From NCBI RefSeq assembly GCF_009914755.1, contig NC_060947.1: a DNA stretch of 64,000 nt. One strand, 5' to 3'. The stretch's first letter is position 1; each line of letters starts with the position of its first letter. Positions 1-20,256 of the stretch are shown piece after piece. The notes under the pieces are model-generated. The model had not been told where the DNA came from, made no database searches, and saw nothing but the letters and a program-made list of their open reading frames with translations. The stretch comes from the human T2T-CHM13v2.0 reference genome, Homo sapiens. The translations under genes were made by a program, and so were the position numbers.

Positions 1-502
1 AAGCAGCAGCTCAAACCCTACCTGCCGGCAAATTATCCCCTGACCACTGCAGACCTCACTGATCTCTTCTGCTGAACTTCTGAACTAATATTTAACAGGT
101 GTCCTGCAGCTTGGTACTTCATTACGTTAAGCTTTTATGGAACTTTTCACTCTGTTTTCTCCCAGGTTTGCCTCTTCAACTGGGCTAAGTTTCTTGAGAA
201 CCATGCCTTCTACTACTGTAGTTTGCCTCCGGTACTGCCAGCAGTGCCTAGCATTGTGCCACACAGCTAGTGTCTCTCAACCTTCTTTGTCTGAAGAATA
301 TTGGTGGCAGTTGCTTGGAATTTTGAGTGCCAAACAAGAGGCACCTTGGTCTCTTCTCACAGTAAGTAACTTTTAACTCTAGGACATGTAATTCAAAGTC
401 CAAAGTAAACAGATGACATGTTTTGAGCTGAAAGGGTTTATGAGATTTGACAAATTGTTCAGTAGTATTAAACCCTCAAATCTCTACCGTGGAACATATA
501 AA

Positions 503-1079
<577 letters not shown>

Positions 1080-1309
1080 TCTAAATGCACTTATACTTAG
1101 AAAATTTTATAATCTATTTTTTACTTGCTTAAGCAATTATGGTTGTCTGCCCTACAGAAAGGAAAAAAACAAGATTTGTTTAGATTAAACTGATGATTCA
1201 AACTGAAGGACAATGCTAATTTCCAATGTGCTAGAAATGAGTATAAGTATGGAAAAGAAAAAAATACATTTTAAATGACAGAAACATTTTCATGAAAATC
1301 AAGTGAGCA

Positions 1310-2480
1310 TAAATTTTGCAAATTATCCAAATTTAGGAGGGCAAGCTAGTCCACCGATTCAGATTCAAATGCATGAAGATTTCTAATTATCTGGAACAGG
1401 AACAGTGGGCCCAAACCAGTGAGATGAAAGTGAACAGGGATAAACATAAAATCTAGTATTAGGAGCTTTAAAAAAAAATCTATCTCACAAATACAAGATG
1501 GAAGAGACCATATTAGCAAAAACTCATGGGAAAAAGATCTGCAGGATTATGTTACTGACAAATTATGAATCAACAGTGTGACTTTTTTTTTTTTTTTTTA
1601 ATGAAAGTGAGCTGGGCATGGTGGCTCACGTTTACAGTCTCCAGCACTTTGGGAGTCCTCAAGGACAGGAGTTCAAGACCAGTCTGTCCAATATGGCGAA
1701 TCCCCAACTCTATTAAAAACACAAAAATTCTCCAGGCGTGGTGGCGCACACCTGTAATCCCAGCCACTCAGGTGGCTGAGACACGAGAATAGCTTGAACA
1801 CAGGAGGCAGAGGTTGCAGTGAGCCGGGACTGTGCCACTGCACTCCATGCTGGGCAACAGAGTGAGACTCTGTCTCAAAAAAAAAAAAAAAAGTGAAAAG
1901 TACAAGCTTGGGCCACTTAGGTAGAAAGCTCAAGCAAGCAAGTCAAGGGAGATGATATCCTAATGGACTCTGCCATGGAGTTATATATCCAGTTCTGGGT
2001 TCCACAGTTACAGAAGGACATTAACATACCAGAGAGCCTCCAGGATAGAGAGACCAGAATTGGGGAGGCTCTGGAAAATCTTCCCATGGGGACATGCTCA
2101 GGCTGGAGAACAGAATCTGTCTTAGCAGGGTAGCTAAGGTAGGTCTTCAAACCTTTCTTCTTCAAACCTTCTTCCTTCTGCCCTCTGTACAATGAACACA
2201 GGGTAGAGTGAAGAAGATATTTTCTAGAGCTCTGGAGAGCAAAGTAAAAAGGATAGTTTGTCATTAAAAGGAGCCAGGGTTCAGTTTAGTAGGAAGGGAG
2301 AGTTTTTAACAATGAAATCTTAAAAAGTAGTAACTCATAATTATTCGTTCTGAGACACCGGAAGTGTGGTTTAAAGAGAAGCTGAATTGAGCATTTGTCC
2401 AGAAAATATGAGTTTCAGTATCAGAAGACAAGTTAGATACGATGGCCTCTAAACACTCTACCAACTTGAATTCCACAGCT
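1310..2480 (+). mobile_element. Ancient L3/CR1 LINE fragment interrupted by an Alu (1610-1892)
   Basis: Resembles the CR1 RT 3' region (..gaaaaagatctg..atgaatcaacagtgtgac..ccagttctgggt..). Confidence 0.6.
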
Positions 2481-2543
2481 TTCTGAAATTTCTTGTGCCT
2501 CAGTAGTAGTTAGAGAAGAAAGTTTACAGTAAATTAAAATACA

Positions 2544-3235
<692 letters not shown>

Positions 3236-3319
3236 TCAGAAGAAAGCCTTTGACTTTTTGTTAATTACAAAACAGCTAGTGGAGAGAGACCCCTTACCCC
3301 CATTCCAGAGTTACTTGAT

Positions 3320-4122
<803 letters not shown>

Positions 4123-4249
4123 TGATCTGCCCACCTCGGCCTTCCAATATTGTTGGGATTACAGGCATGAGCCACCACACCCAGCCCTCATCCCTTTAAT
4201 GTATGGTACAGGTAGGATTTTTTTTTCATACTTCCAACATTTTGCTTTG

Positions 4250-4765
4250 TGATCACGTGTCTAGCCATTTATTCCTTTAATCAATCAGCTTGGCTCCTCT
4301 CCATCCACGTTGGCTTTCTGGCTGTTCTTCAGGTACACTCCCACTTCCGGGGACTTGACACTGGCTGCTCTGCCTGGGACTTTCTTCTCTCAGGTATCCC
4401 GATGGGTAACTCTCTCATTTCCTTGAAGTCTTTGCTTAACTGTCACTTTCTCAATGAAGCCTATCCTGACTACGCTATTTAACACTGAGACCCCCCTTCC
4501 ACCCATGTCACCCCACCAACACACTTTCAAACTCCCTTTTCCTGTCCATTTTTTCATAGCACTTATCTCTTTCTAACACAAAATAGAATTTAATTACTAA
4601 TGTCGTGCACTTACTATCTGTCTTCTCCCATTAAAATATTAATGCCACAAAGTGAGGGGATTGGTGTGTTTTCTGTTCACTGATATATCCCTTAGCACTA
4701 AGAACAGTGCCTGGTACATAGTAGATACTCAGTAAATACTGCTGTCAAATTAATGAATTTATTGT
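4250..4765 (+). mobile_element. L2 LINE 3' end
   Basis: Ends agaacagtgcctggtacatagtagatactcagtaaatact...aatgaat, typical of the L2 terminus. Confidence 0.7.
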
Positions 4766-5303
4766 CTTCGTGGTGCCTATTACTAGGCCAGATCCTGGAG
4801 TAGGGCTATAAGAGAATAAGACATTTTGTGACTTAGAATCTGCCTCTCCAAATATTATACACCTATTTGATTTCATTTTGGCTGGCTAGGCTGCAAACAT
4901 TTGGAGGCAGGTATACTGCCTTTGACTTGCCTCAACTCCCCTGATGCTCACTCAGTCCCTTTCCTCCCCACCCCACGCCTGGTGCCCCAACCGTAATTGC
5001 TATTCTACTGGCACCCATTCTTTCCAAGTTTCTCTTCTCTCTTCAGTGGGGAGGAATAAGTAGGAAGGGGGTAAAATCACTCTTTTCACTAAATCTAGGT
5101 ACTTACCAATATATATGATGTTGGAACGCTTCAGAAAAACACAAATGATTCTTAGAACAATAATTTGAGATTTTTATTTTTACAACATAAACGTGTAGGA
5201 AAACCTCAAACAACTCTAAAACTTAAAAAAGAAAAAAAAAGTTCAGGTGTGTTTTTGCCTTAAACCAATTCCAATAAATGAGAACTCAAACTTATAAAAA
5301 TAG

Positions 5304-5611
<308 letters not shown>

Positions 5612-6199
5612 TAGGCTGATTTTGAACTCCTGACCTCAAATGATCCACCCGCCTCGGCCTCCCAAAGTGCTGGGATTACAGGCGTGAGCCACTGCGTCCA
5701 GACAGTTATTTTAAATAGTTCGTTCAATTGAATAAAAAATTGAACCCATATGTCCTACAATGGAGAAACTGAGATTAAATGATCAACGTTCAATTCATAC
5801 AATGGACTAGTAAACAGTCATTAAAAGTTATGTTCTTAATAAAATGGGAAAATGCTAATATTGTAATGGGGGAGAAAGTTGAAAACAAAATTGTATAATT
5901 ACAATTATTTTTAAAAATCCATAATATTATATACCTTAAATTGGTATATTGGGCTATTAAAAAAAGGAAAAACAAACAAAATCCATAATAAGAATACTGG
6001 AAGGAAAGACACCAAATTATTAACAGATTGTTTCTGAGTGTAAAGATTGTAAATAATTTCCTTTTATTCTTTTGAATTGTCTGTCTACATTTTCTATAAT
6101 GGGAGTGTATTATTTTTATTGTAAAGATTAATATATGGCCAGGCCCGGTAGCTCATGCCTGTAATCCCAGCACTTTGGAGGCCAAGGTGGGGAAGATCA

Positions 6200-6538
<339 letters not shown>

Positions 6539-7159
6539 TCACTATTGAGGGAGAAAAAATTCCAGGACAACTGTTTATCAAGTTTTTAATCTAATCACTC
6601 ATTTGCTTAAGAACGAATCTATAAGATCTATTATACAACATGGTAACTACAGTTCATTACAATATGTTGTGGAATGAAAATTGCTAAGTAGCTAGGCGCG
6701 GTGGCTCACGCCTGCAATCCCAGCACTTTGGGAGGCCAAGGCAGTAGGATCGCATGAACCCAGGAGTTCAAGACCAGTGTGGGAAACATAGCAAAACCCC
6801 GTCTCTACAAAAAAAATGCACAAAATAGCTGGACGTGTTGGTGCATACCTGTGGTCCCACTGCTCGGGAACCAAGGTAGAAGAGTGAGAAAAACTGATGG
6901 TCCTTTTAAGAAAATGTGTGGCAGTTCCTTCTGTGGGAAATGAGGGAGGAGCCTCATGTCAAGTGGTTATTTAAAACCCATATCTTGTCATTTGTGGGCT
7001 TGAAATGAATTTGGCTAAATGAATTGACTAAATTGAATTTTTAGAAATCAAATCTTGATCTTCATTTTTAAAGGTTTAAAATGTATTTGTTCTTTGTATT
7101 GAATGGAGGAATTCCGTTTAAATGTTCAAAACTGGTAGGTAGGACTGTACAAGAAAAGA

Positions 7160-7900
7160 TGAAGGCGGTGATGACAAACCAATAAATTCAAGGAGGCCGT
7201 TTGGAGAAATCGCTGAGTCAAGAGTACGGCAATCACGTGAAGATTTTAATAAAAACGAAACTAATCAGACGCGTTTAGACTTCCCTTCCCTCTCCACCCA
7301 CTTTTGGTCTTGTTAAAGGGAAGAGGAGGGTCGGTTTTAATCAATCCTTCGGTTTCCCTACTGGGCGGAGCACTGAGAAGGTGGCGGAAGGAGGGGCAAC
7401 TGGGCCCGGCTGGCGCGCCTTCAGGCACGTGGGTCTGGGTTGCGGACCAGGAACACAGCGATCAGGGCGAAACATTGGCCTTTTGTGTCTCTTGCGTTTG
7501 GTACGTTTTGGGGGCCGGCTGCAGCTGTGAAAGGCCGCACTCGCTGCCAGCGGTCAAGGCGACCTTGTTCAGCAAAGCCACTATTGTACTTTGAGCTAGT
7601 GACTCCGGCGGCTTGGCAGCTTTCTAGGCATTCCTCCAGGACCTTTCTCCCCCTGGAGGCCTCAGCTTTAAATGCAGTTTGTTTTTACAGTTGGATACAG
7701 CTCTATTCTTGGCTTTGGCGCCAGGAGTAGCTTGCAATCCTTGCCAGTTAATTGTGGCCTCTGCGCGAAAAGAACGATGAAGTGCTGCCCTTTTATGTCT
7801 AAAGGTGGCGCTTCGGACTTCGCTGGCAGTAGCTGGCAGTAGGTGCTTTGAAGTCTTTCTTCAGCGAACCTACTCATCTGGTGGCCTTTATGCGAGCATG
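7160..7900. promoter_or_regulatory. Non-repetitive CpG-rich enhancer/promoter-like element
   Basis: Visible CpG enrichment. CCAAT 7179-7183; GCTGAGTCA (ARE/AP-1) 7212-7220; TCACGTGA 7233-7240; GGGCGG 7363-7368; GGCGGAAG (ETS) 7383-7390; GCACGTGG 7425-7432. Confidence 0.7.
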
Positions 7901-9007
7901 AACCTGCACCAAAGCCACTAGGCTTAGTACCTGTCCTGGGTTGGCATGTCTGTGGGTGCCGCTGTAGCTATAAATGACTTTGATTGGCATAAACACAATT
8001 GTTTCACATGTGCACTTGTCAAAATTTAATTAATTGGACACTTTATTTCTGCTAGCGAAGTTTCCTAAAAACAAATAAATAGTACACTTTAAATATATGT
8101 AGTTTATTATATGTCACTGATGCCTCAATAAAGTTGTTTAAAAGAAGCACATTCAGAAGATTAATACATGATAACTAAGATTAAGTAACTGATAAAAATA
8201 CAAAATGTGTTTCTTTTATCTACATCACCGAGTAGAGAAAAAAAATCACATCTATTGCCCAATTTCGTAATTTAACTGCCATTTATTTTAAAGCCTTTAA
8301 TTTCTGTAAATATAGGCACGTGGTTTTACTTGCAAAGTTTTCCTGAGGATGTTTAGTTAATATTTGATTTACTATTGCCCTGACACCGAAGAAAACACAA
8401 AGCCACTATTCTTCAAAAAAGAAAAGAAAAAAAGAAAGAAAACAAGTGATCATAGCCCCGTAGGAGATAGCCCGGCACAGGGGTCAGGAACCCTGGCTAA
8501 GGGGTCAGGCCAACGTCGGTCTGAACGGAAACTGCCATATACCAGCTGTGTGAGCTAAGTTGAATTCCTCACTTTCTCTGAGCCTCGGCTTTCTCACAGA
8601 GTTCCTGAGTGAATCAGGGTCAGCAAGGGAGGAGTAGAAGGAGAGTAATTTGGGGGGAACCTCAACTCTACGTGGGCCTCAAATATGGGCTGCTGTCTCA
8701 TAATAAATTTGTGTGGAATTACTGGGAGAATGATTCTCACAAAAGTCGATCCTAAGTGAAATCCGTCAGCCCTGCTACTAGAAGGTAAGAGAATAGGAGG
8801 TCGGTGAGTGTCCTTAAAATCTGAAAGTTTCAGCTGAGTGTGGTGGCTCATGCCTGTAATCTCAGCACTTTGGGAGGCCGAGGCAGATGGATCACCTGAG
8901 GTCAGGAGTTCGAGACCAGCCTGGCCAACATGGTGAAACCTCGTCTCTACTAATAATACACAAAGTAGCCAGGCATGGTGGTGCATGCCTGTCATCCCAG
9001 CTACTCA

Positions 9008-9112
<105 letters not shown>

Positions 9113-9706
9113 TCAAAAAAAAAAAAAAAAAAAATAGAAAGTTTCCCAGGCCTGGAGGACTTTTAATGATTAAATGAGATAATAATGAATGTGAAGGCCC
9201 AGAACGCTACCTGATACATACTACTGTGTAATCAATGGTATTTATTTCTATTTTGTCATTATCATCAGTGGTGTAATCACCACCAATGGCACTTATTTTT
9301 TTTTTATTCTCATTGGTGATCGAACCACCTACCTGATAGTATTATTGTGAGCAGAGCATTAATGAACAAAAGCAAGTAGAGTTCCTAGCAGAGAGCCTGA
9401 GACATAAGGCTAGTCGGTATTCATTTTCTTCCCCCTTCCCTCTCCCTTACTTTGAAGCATTCAGCTCAGATGCAGCCTACATCATGAAGTTTTCCCTGCT
9501 TCACATTTCCCAAGTCAACACATGTGGCCTTTCCTGTGGCTACGGGGTTGGATGGGAGAAGCGTCATTGCCAAGTGCAGGCTAGTGTGGGAGACCTGAGT
9601 TGGCTCAGCTGGCACTGAGCTGCAGGAAGGCATCTAAGCTTGCACCGACGTGTTGCCCTGGACTTTGTGCACTTCCGTGGTAGTTGCTATAAGGGAAGGA
9701 AGTGGG

Positions 9707-10406
<700 letters not shown>

Positions 10407-11691
10407 CGGGGGCAAACCAACAGTATAGTAACACATGGCAAACCGTTGAATGTCCCGAACAGTGAATTGCAACTATATCTCAACATGTAAGGAAGAGGAC
10501 TAGCAGCCATCTCTTGACACAGGATAGTAGGAAAAGTGAGATGAAATGTCTGTGTACCAGACAACTGTACATGTGCGGTAAGAGCAGCTGCCACAGAGAA
10601 AAGAGTGAGTGCAGGAAGAGAAGGGAGGCAGGCCTGGGACCCAAGCCTTGAAGCACTCCTAACAGTTAGACTTGGGTAGAGGAGGAGGAACATCAGAGTA
10701 AGGATGAAACCCCCCCAGAAGCGAAAAGAGGGAAGAACATTTTAAGGAGGATGTGTAATCAACTGGGTCAAAAGTTCATCATCCACATCATCATCATCAT
10801 GATATTACTATTCTAGGATGTTGGTTAAGACCACGTGGAGTTATTAAATGGGACTCAGTTTAAGAAATAATAGGCTGGGCCTGGCAGCTCACACCTGTAA
10901 TCTCAGTACTTTGGGAAGCCGAGGTGGGAGGATCACTTGGGCCCAGGATTTCGAGACCATACAATGAGACCCCATCTCTACAAAAAATAAAATAAAAACT
11001 AGCCAGGCATGGTAGCATGTGCCTATCTATAGTCCCGGCTACTGGGGAGGCTGAGGTTAGAGGATGGCTTGAGCCTGGGAAGTTGAGGCTGCAGTGAGCC
11101 GTGGTTGCACCACTGCATTCAAGCCAGAGTGACAGAGTACGACCTTTTCTCAAACAAACAAACAAACAAAAAGAAATGATAATCTAGTGAGAAGTAGTAT
11201 AACCAGGATGACTCTACATTCTCATTTTGCCTGGGACAGTCTCAGTTTATATCCATTGTCCCACATCTCATCCAATTTAGCATTTGTCTCACATGTTTTT
11301 CATTTTTGAACTAAATATTACTCTCAATAGTTCCACTAAAATAATTTGGTTTGAGTTTAGTAGATCTCCACTTTGAACTTCCAGTTTCTACAGAGTTCTC
11401 ATTTTGGCTCTCACCTGATTAAATCTGAAAAACAACCACTGATAATCTCTCTTTTCCTTACCCTTTCCAGAAATAACATAACTAACCTCCCCATCAAGGA
11501 AAGCAGGCGGAGGAACTCATTGATAAAAGGAAATATGCCCAGACATCAGCAGTTAGGGACTGATAACAACCTCAGATCTCATGTAGTGGTGGAGGAAGTA
11601 TCTGACACTGTTCAGCTGCCTGCCACTTGGAGTACTGGCCAGTGGTTCTTTGGCCTGTGAGTTCCATGTGTGTTTCAGAAGCCATCAGGTC

Positions 11692-12143
11692 AGACTTGGA
11701 ACCAACCCAAATGCCCATCAATGATAGACTGGATAAAGAAAATGTGGCACATATACACCATGGAATACTATGCAGCCATAAACAAGAATAACATCATGTC
11801 CTTTGCAGGGACATGGATGAAGCTGGAAGCCATCATCCTCAGCAAACTAACACAGGAACAGAAAACCAAGCACCGCATGTTCTCACTCATAAGTATGAGT
11901 TGAACAATGAGAACACATGGACACAGGGAGGGGAACATCACACACCGGGGCCTGTTGAGGGGTTGGGGGGAAAGGGGAGGGAGAGCATTAGGACAAATAC
12001 CTAATGCATGCGGGACTTAAAACCTAGATGATGGGTTGATAAGTGCAACAAACCACCATGGCACATGTATACCTATGTAACAAACCTGCACGTTCAGCAC
12101 ATGTATCCCAGAACTTAAAGTTAAAAAAAGAAAAGAAAAGAAA
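11692..12143 (+). mobile_element. 5'-truncated L1PA (ORF2 C-terminus, 3'UTR and A-rich tail)
   Basis: ORF 11670..11903 encodes the L1 ORF2 end (TWNQPKCPSMIDWIKKMW); 15-bp TSD AGAAGCCATCAGGTC at 11677-11691 and 12144-12158. Confidence 0.93.
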
Positions 12144-13081
12144 AGAAGCCATCAGGTCGCCAGTTAGCAGGGTCAATGGGAAATGTGGGCAATTATAGGT
12201 AAGGTGTACCTGTATAGACATAGGAAATAGAGGCTGAGCATACCAGCCACAGAAGATATAGAGAGCAGTCTGAAAATTCTCACAACAGTGGTTGTATAAT
12301 TTACGCATGGTGTAAATATACAACTATGTATTGATTGATAATGCTTTTTTATTTTGTTATAAACCTTCTTAGCAGTAATGAGCTCAAATAAATGAAAGTA
12401 CATGTTTACTGAAAATTTAGGTACTGGCGGGCATGGTGGCTCATGCCTGTAATCCCAGCACTTTGGGAAGTTGAAGCTGGAGTTTCGCTTGCACTCAGGA
12501 GTTTGAGGCTGCAGTAAGCTATGATTGCACCACTGCACTCCAGCCTGGGCAACAGAGCAAGACTCCATCTCTAAAAAAAAGCAGGTACTAAATTTGGTGA
12601 TGTACATGTAACTTGCACAAAATGTCTATTGATGTTTACCACTGTGAGGGCCACAGTGATATAACTGACCACACAAAACCCAGAAGGCAATGGTCTGTTG
12701 AGGAAGCATCAGCATCTACCTCATAAGGCAGTAGTTATTTTAAGAATGTGCTTAAGGACCACAGGTTTACATATAACTCTATTCAACGTGATTCTCATCT
12801 AGATCAAATGACTGTTCTTCTAAATTCATTTTGCTCAATTTTTATTCCAACTTTCCTTGTGCACATACAAAAAGTGAAGTTGTAGCTATTAAGGTGTTGG
12901 CTGCATTAGCCAAACAGTTTAATGATGCCGACCTTATATCGGTGTCCTCAGGTGCTTCAAATAGAAGTTAAATTAATAGTGATACATTTATTTCATCCAA
13001 TGTATGAAATCAAAATAACAATTTTGGAACTGATTTCTGTTGAAGAGAAGACATCTGACAGCATCATAAACGCTGTTGTAA

Positions 13082-14729
<1,648 letters not shown>

Positions 14730-14808
14730 GTAAGTTCAGTAACAAAGTTTAACGCTGAATATAAAATGACTTGGGTTTTTTTCAGGGATAATAGGAACAC
14801 TAATTTTA

Positions 14809-15288
<480 letters not shown>

Positions 15289-16654
15289 TCACGCTTGTAA
15301 TCCCAGCACTTTGGGAGGCTGAGGCGGGCGGATTACCTGAGCTCAGGAGTTCAAGACCAGCCTGGCCAACTTGGTGGAACCCCATCTCTACCAAAAATAT
15401 AAAAATTAGTCAGGCCTGGTGGCGTGTGCCTGTAGTCCCAGCTACTCGAACCTGGGAGGCGGAGATTGCAGTGAGCCAAGATGGCTCCACTGCACTTCAG
15501 CCTGGGCAACAGAGCAAGACTCCATCTCAGAAAAAAAAAAGAGAAAATGTGAAGAAAGTTTTTGAAGGGCTCCTTTGATAGTGCACCTAAGTGTCCTAAA
15601 ATAGGTACTGAATTTTTTTTTTTTTACAAAGATTGGGTTATTTTGTTGAACATCAGTAGGTAATATTTAATCAAAATATTAAACAAATAGAGCACCTAAA
15701 AATCTTTGGCTTTTGAAGCTTTTAGCAAATTGCAGTTATTGAAAACAAAGCCTGAAAAACAGAAAGGCATCAAAATGTAACCCTAAAAAAAGGACTGAAA
15801 CAAACTAGAGCTGTAATGGTGAACAATGAACAAATAGGATTTAACTGTGAAATTCTATAATTGTGCTTTGGAATATGTTGACTTGAGAGAAAGCACTTGA
15901 CGTGTTGATAGTGCTCTTATTTTTTTAGTTGAATACATTTAATTTGATAATATTTTAATTAGACAGATTTCTATTCTGTACCTGAATGGAATGAAATTGA
16001 GAAGGCCTATGATTTTCAGCATCCACATTTGGCAAAATTTTCAAAAGAAACATAGAGACAACTTTTTACATGAGTTTTGTCTTGTGAAAATATTCGTTGA
16101 AGAATGACGTTTTGATTAGAGAGTTTCTGTAAGAATATTTGAAATGAAATAATTACCCATTTTAATTTTTTAAAGTGTAATTGTGAGTCTGGGGTAGGTA
16201 GCTCACACCCATAATCCCAGCACTCTGGGATACAAAGGTGTGAGGATCAATTGAGGCCAGGAATTTGAGACCAGCCTGGGCAACATAAAGAAATCCTGTC
16301 TCTACAGCAACAACAACAACATATTATAAAACAAAAGTAGGCAGGCATGGTGGCACACAGCTGTAGTTCTAGCTACTCAGGAGGCTGAGGCGTGAAGATT
16401 GCTTGAGCACAGGAGTTCGAGGTTGCTATGAGCCATGATTACACCACTGCACTTCAGCCTGGGGGACAAAACAACACTCCATCTGAAAAAAAAAAAAGTA
16501 ATTGTGACTAAGCATGCTATAGTTAAGATGTATACCATTTATTGAACTTGAGGTGCAGGGTACTCACCTCAATACTATCTCAGCACCTGCAGACATAGTA
16601 TTTTCTAAATTAAAAATAGTATGGTTTACAGATATGAGATAATTGAAGGTATGA

Positions 16655-16831
<177 letters not shown>

Positions 16832-16977
16832 TAAAAATGATTGCGGACCATTTTATTTTAAAGTTTAAAACTATCAAAATCAGCCGAGCATGGTAGCTTA
16901 TACCTGTAATCCCAGCACTTTAGGAGGTGGAGACAGGCGGATCACTTGAGGCCAGGAGTTTGAGACCAGCCTAGCTA

Positions 16978-17238
<261 letters not shown>

Positions 17239-17564
17239 TTATAAGACAGGACTAAGAAACTGATTAGACTATGTGAACATGTACCAATAATAATTACTCC
17301 GGCTATTTGAAAATTTTCAGATAATCAATATAAATAACATTTTGCTTTAATATACACAGATGAATGTTATCTTTGTTTTTTAAATAAAGCATTTTACTTT
17401 TGACAACGGTTTTTGCACACTAATATAATAAAATCAATTTTTGGTACAAAATAAATATTTCAGAAAAGTTATATAGTTGGTTTCAGAGCTCTCCACTCAA
17501 AAGTGCATCAACTTGGACAAGAAGTTATGTGGTCACCTTAACTATAGCATACTTACCATATTAG

Positions 17565-18080
<516 letters not shown>

Positions 18081-18338
18081 AAGTTTCCTCATCTTTAAAA
18101 TGGTGATGATAATAATATAAATTCTCTCAGTGGTTTGTTGCAAGGATGAAATGAAATAATGTTTATAAGTCACTTGGTACAGTGCCTTGGAATGTTGCGC
18201 TCCCAGTAAACATGAACTATTATCATTGCTGTTGTTATTATGATTAAGAGGCTATATTCATGATTATTGTTAGATTTTCCTTACCATTAACTTGGCGTCC
18301 TAACAGCACATTAGTTGCCTGGCCTTGTCTTTATCTAG

Positions 18339-18778
<440 letters not shown>

Positions 18779-19264
18779 TAGACATGTGTTGTAAATTCAT
18801 AATACGTATTTAGCACTATAAAATCTCTCCAAAGTCCTGCAATAAACACTTTTATTTTGCTTACCCCTCAGTTTCCAAATTTATTTGATAATGTAGCCTC
18901 TCCTCCCCTCTCTCTTTTGTATGCGTGTGATGCCTTCAACATAATAGAGAGTATTCTACAAAACATTTTGCAAAATATCGATCTAATATAACATTTTCAT
19001 TTTAAAAATGAGAGGATCAACTGAGAGAAAGACTTTCCCAAGGCCACACAGTAATAGTGGATATGTAGACCTAGATGCCAGGGCTCCAAATCCTTGTGCT
19101 TTTTCTTTTAGGGAAGTCTCTTTGTATGTAATAATCTTTGTGCATGGATACATTAATGTGGGCTTTATATTGATAAGTAGGTGTGTGATACCTTCGACAT
19201 TTCAAGGACAAGGACATTTTATAACAGCCAGAGGGTTTTTTTTTTTTTTTTTTTTTTTTTTTGA

Positions 19265-19480
<216 letters not shown>

Positions 19481-19682
19481 TGATCCCCCACCTCGGTCTC
19501 CCAAAGTGCTGGGATTACAGGCGTGAGCCACCGCGCCCGGCCGGGTTTTTTTTTAAATTGTGAAACCTACAGTTTTAACAACCTCCACGCTCTCCGGGAC
19601 TGAAGGTTTCCGCTCATAGCCAGCAGGCAGGGACCACAGACCGCAGTAATGGAAAATGGTCTCTTGAACTGACACCGGATGA

Positions 19683-19697
19683 ATGCCAGAGGGCGCT
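19683..19697 (+). promoter_or_regulatory. Candidate CTCF site
   Basis: ATGCCAGAGGGCGCT matches the CCRSYAGRKGGCRS core except for the first two bases; lies in a small CpG-retaining unique patch (19580-19790). Confidence 0.55.
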
Positions 19698-19956
19698 CTT
19701 TCCTAAGCGGTACCAATTTAGAGTCCCTAAGCAGGAAGGCACAAAACCAACAAGTTTCAAGGAGACGGAGGAAGAGAGAAAACACTGTCTCTGGAGGAAG
19801 TATAATAATGTTTAAGATATAAAGCCATGGACGAGAAGTTAGAAAAGAAAGGGAGACAGAATAGCACTATATCAATATATAAAACAATTTCGTAATCAAC
19901 AAAACTAAGATTATAAGCCAGGCGCCGTGGCTCAGGTCCGTAATCCCAGCACTTTA

Positions 19957-20256
<300 letters not shown>

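Noticed and set aside
7304-7877. ORFs in the CpG-rich element as a processed pseudogene or microprotein
   Set aside because: No recognisable homology, no poly(A) tail or TSD, and the plus-strand ORFs start at non-ATG codons; GC richness explains the lack of stops
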